DNA from: Candidatus Thorarchaeota archaeon
Lineage (GTDB): Archaea > Asgardarchaeota > Thorarchaeia > Thorarchaeales > Thorarchaeaceae
Direction of reading: 5' to 3'
Assembly: GCA_018335335.1 (NCBI GenBank)
Contig: JAGXKG010000001.1
Span: 169,801-233,800 of the forward strand
Length of the DNA stretch: 64,000 bases
Below, piece after piece: positions 62,668-64,000 of this stretch. The number at the start of each line of letters is the position of its first letter. Within the stretch, counting starts at the first letter, position 1. Under the pieces are notes generated by a model that saw nothing but the letters and a program-made list of their open reading frames with translations, did no database searches and was not told the origin of the DNA. The position numbers and the translations under genes were made by a program.

Positions 62668-63450
62668 TCAATTTTTCGGTATACCATCTGATTCGATTTT
62701 CTTGCTTAGGACCCAAATAGTTGGGTTTTCTCGCCACCTAGCAGTTTGTTTGAGTGTCTTTGCGACCGTCTTCTCGAAATGAGTCTCTACATCTTCATTT
62801 CTCTGTAAGCCAGCTAAATCAAGGTAACAGTCAAGCAATTGCCATGCAAGCTTTTGTTTATCTTCATGGAATATTGGTCGTGTATCCAACAGACTGGCGG
62901 CAACACCTCCTATGTCTTCCATCCAATCACCGGGCCTAGACACCTCGAAATCGATTCCGTAGAGAATCTTATCATGGTATATGAAATTCCGTAGACGGGG
63001 ATCACCTTTAATCATCGAATGGATATTATGAAAATGGTAATACCACTTAGCGAGATGCTCAATTGCAGTAGTACTGAAGGTCTCATTGATTACATCTGTC
63101 AGTACATTACCTTCAATGAATCTCATCAGTATGACGCCTTCCTTGGCATCAATTACTTGGGGGACAGCGAGTCCGTTTTCTTGGCTCTTTTTGAGTACTT
63201 CCAATTCTCTCCTAAAACCAGATGTGACAAACAACTTAGCTATCAGTTCAGGAATCTTCCTTTGCTTTCTCGAGATTTGAATCTTGAACACTATATTCTT
63301 CTTGCTTCTCAGTTGCTGAAATGAAAGATCATATGGTTGATTATCAACTAGAGTGTCTAGAAGGGATTCCAAGACTTCAGATCTAGCAGGGTCTAATTCT
63401 TTCCCGTCTTTACCTTTCATTCCAGTTTGGAGGATCTCGAAGAGTTCCAT
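62668..63450 (-). CDS. Protein-kinase-like phosphotransferase (RIO/Kdo-kinase-like fold)
   Basis: Catalytic-loop-like GDPRLRNFIYHD (HGDxxxxN pattern) and a DFG-equivalent GIDFEVS. First gene of the minus-strand operon leading to the Mo enzyme. Confidence 0.4.
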   Translation of the reverse strand: MELFEILQTGMKGKDGKELDPARSEVLESLLDTLVDNQPYDLSFQQLRSKKNIVFKIQISRKQRKIPELIAKLFVTSGFRRELEVLKKSQENGLAVPQVIDAKEGVILMRFIEGNVLTDVINETFSTTAIEHLAKWYYHFHNIHSMIKGDPRLRNFIYHDKILYGIDFEVSRPGDWMEDIGGVAASLLDTRPIFHEDKQKLAWQLLDCYLDLAGLQRNEDVETHFEKTVAKTLKQTARWRENPTIWVLSKKIESDGIPKN

Positions 63451-63541
63451 ACTATTTCGTAATTATTGCTACGGCTATTAGGCTAACGCCCTACCAATCA
63501 TGTTTTAATAGGAGGTCGTTGTAGCGGAGTCGGAGCGTACG

Positions 63542-63760
63542 ATGACTGGTCGAGTTTGCAATGTCGAAAGCAATAAGGAACGTTGTGGCTGTACATATCC
63601 TGGTTGTTCACGTAAGGGATATTGTTGTGATTGCATAGAATATCACTGGAAGCATAGGGAATTACCGGGTTGTCTTTTCCCACCCGAAGCGGAGAAAACA
63701 TACGACCGTAGCTTGGAGTATTTCATTAAAGTGTGGAGCAAGAAGCTCGAACAGGAGTAG
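63542..63760 (+). CDS. Small Cys-rich protein (72 aa)
   Basis: Nine Cys and three His in the first 45 residues (CNVESNKERCGCTYPGCSRKGYCCDCIEYHWKH). Divergent from the kinase-like gene. Confidence 0.3.
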   Translation: MTGRVCNVESNKERCGCTYPGCSRKGYCCDCIEYHWKHRELPGCLFPPEAEKTYDRSLEYFIKVWSKKLEQE

Positions 63761-63870
63761 ATGGGTTTTTCTTACCTTTACTCAGAATAAAACCCAAGAG
63801 TCGGTCACACTGCTGACTTCTTAGGTGGAAGTACGGAAGCGCTTAAGAGGGCTTAGGAAAGAGATTGGGT

Positions 63871-63948
63871 GGGGCCGTAGTCTAGTCTGGATAAGGCACC
63901 AGCCTTCGGAGTTGGGCATCCCCGGTTCAAATCCGGGCGGTCCCGCCA
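63871..63948 (+). tRNA. tRNA-Arg(UCG), no intron; CCA encoded
   Basis: Acceptor GGGGCCG / CGGTCCC (one G-U). D-arm GTCT-AGTCTGGATA-AGGC. Anticodon arm CCAGC-CTTCGGA-GTTGG (anticodon TCG). Variable GCATC. T-arm CCCGG-TTCAAAT-CCGGG. Discriminator G, then CCA. Confidence 0.8.
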
Positions 63949-64000
63949 TTCTTTCTACGGAAATGGTTCTGAAGATTTCATCGTCGGTACACAGATTGTG

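Overview
This 64 kb window looks like a chromosomal segment of an uncultivated archaeon. The genes are dense and the genetic code appears standard. Nearly all calls below rest on conserved motifs read from the supplied translations, with no database search. The genes form six blocks.

1. **DNA metabolism block (0.6-14 kb).** It holds a type IA topoisomerase (Topo III-like), a translationally coupled small Zn-ribbon protein, a Roadblock/LC7 protein, XPD helicase, a RuvC-like nuclease, RadB, the PolD large subunit DP2 and a four-OB-fold RPA.
2. **Sulfur/Fe-S and transcription (14-19.9 kb).** It holds SufS-like cysteine desulfurase with a small Cys-containing wHTH gene, an Elf1-like zinc ribbon, an Lhr-type helicase and EngB.
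3. **Archaeal lipid synthesis.** CarS and G1P dehydrogenase (EgsA) are present. A four-gene alternative-mevalonate operon (mvk, UbiD-family decarboxylase, AcnX-type dehydratase large and small subunits) is also present.
4. **Ribosome/RNAP clusters.**
   - The first run is rpoD-L18e-L13-S9-rpoN-S2.
   - The second is L7Ae-S28e-L24e.
   - The third is rpoB-rpoA'-rpoA''-L30e-nusA-S12-S7-[EamA transporter]-tuf.
   - Single genes: aIF5B is present. NDK carries a C-terminal extension. EF-2, S10, rpoH, rpoK and S13/S4/S11 are absent from their usual places.
5. **RNA genes.** There are five tRNAs, four of them with introns:
   - tRNA-Pro has a D-loop intron.
   - tRNA-Lys has a T-loop intron.
   - tRNA-Asp appears to have two introns.
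   - tRNA-Tyr has a canonical intron, and tRNA-Arg is intronless.
   - A likely SRP RNA is followed by an unexplained GC-rich structured spacer.
6. **Accessory-looking 3' region between tRNAs (50.5-63.8 kb).** It holds a DinB-like/SIS/HEAT-repeat operon, an SDR, an arrestin-like (SpoOM-fold) protein, and a six-gene minus-strand operon. The operon reads kinase-like protein, molybdopterin oxidoreductase, exported purple-acid-phosphatase-like phosphoesterase, S-component-like membrane protein, fused EcfA and EcfT.

No CRISPR array, integrase, transposase or obvious mobile element was seen. Several proteins have a eukaryote-like flavour (Arf-like small GTPase, Roadblock, arrestin-fold, Elf1). Together with the abundant non-canonical tRNA introns, this points to a TACK/Asgard-like or deep-branching lineage. 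RadB and PolD argue for caution about that placement.
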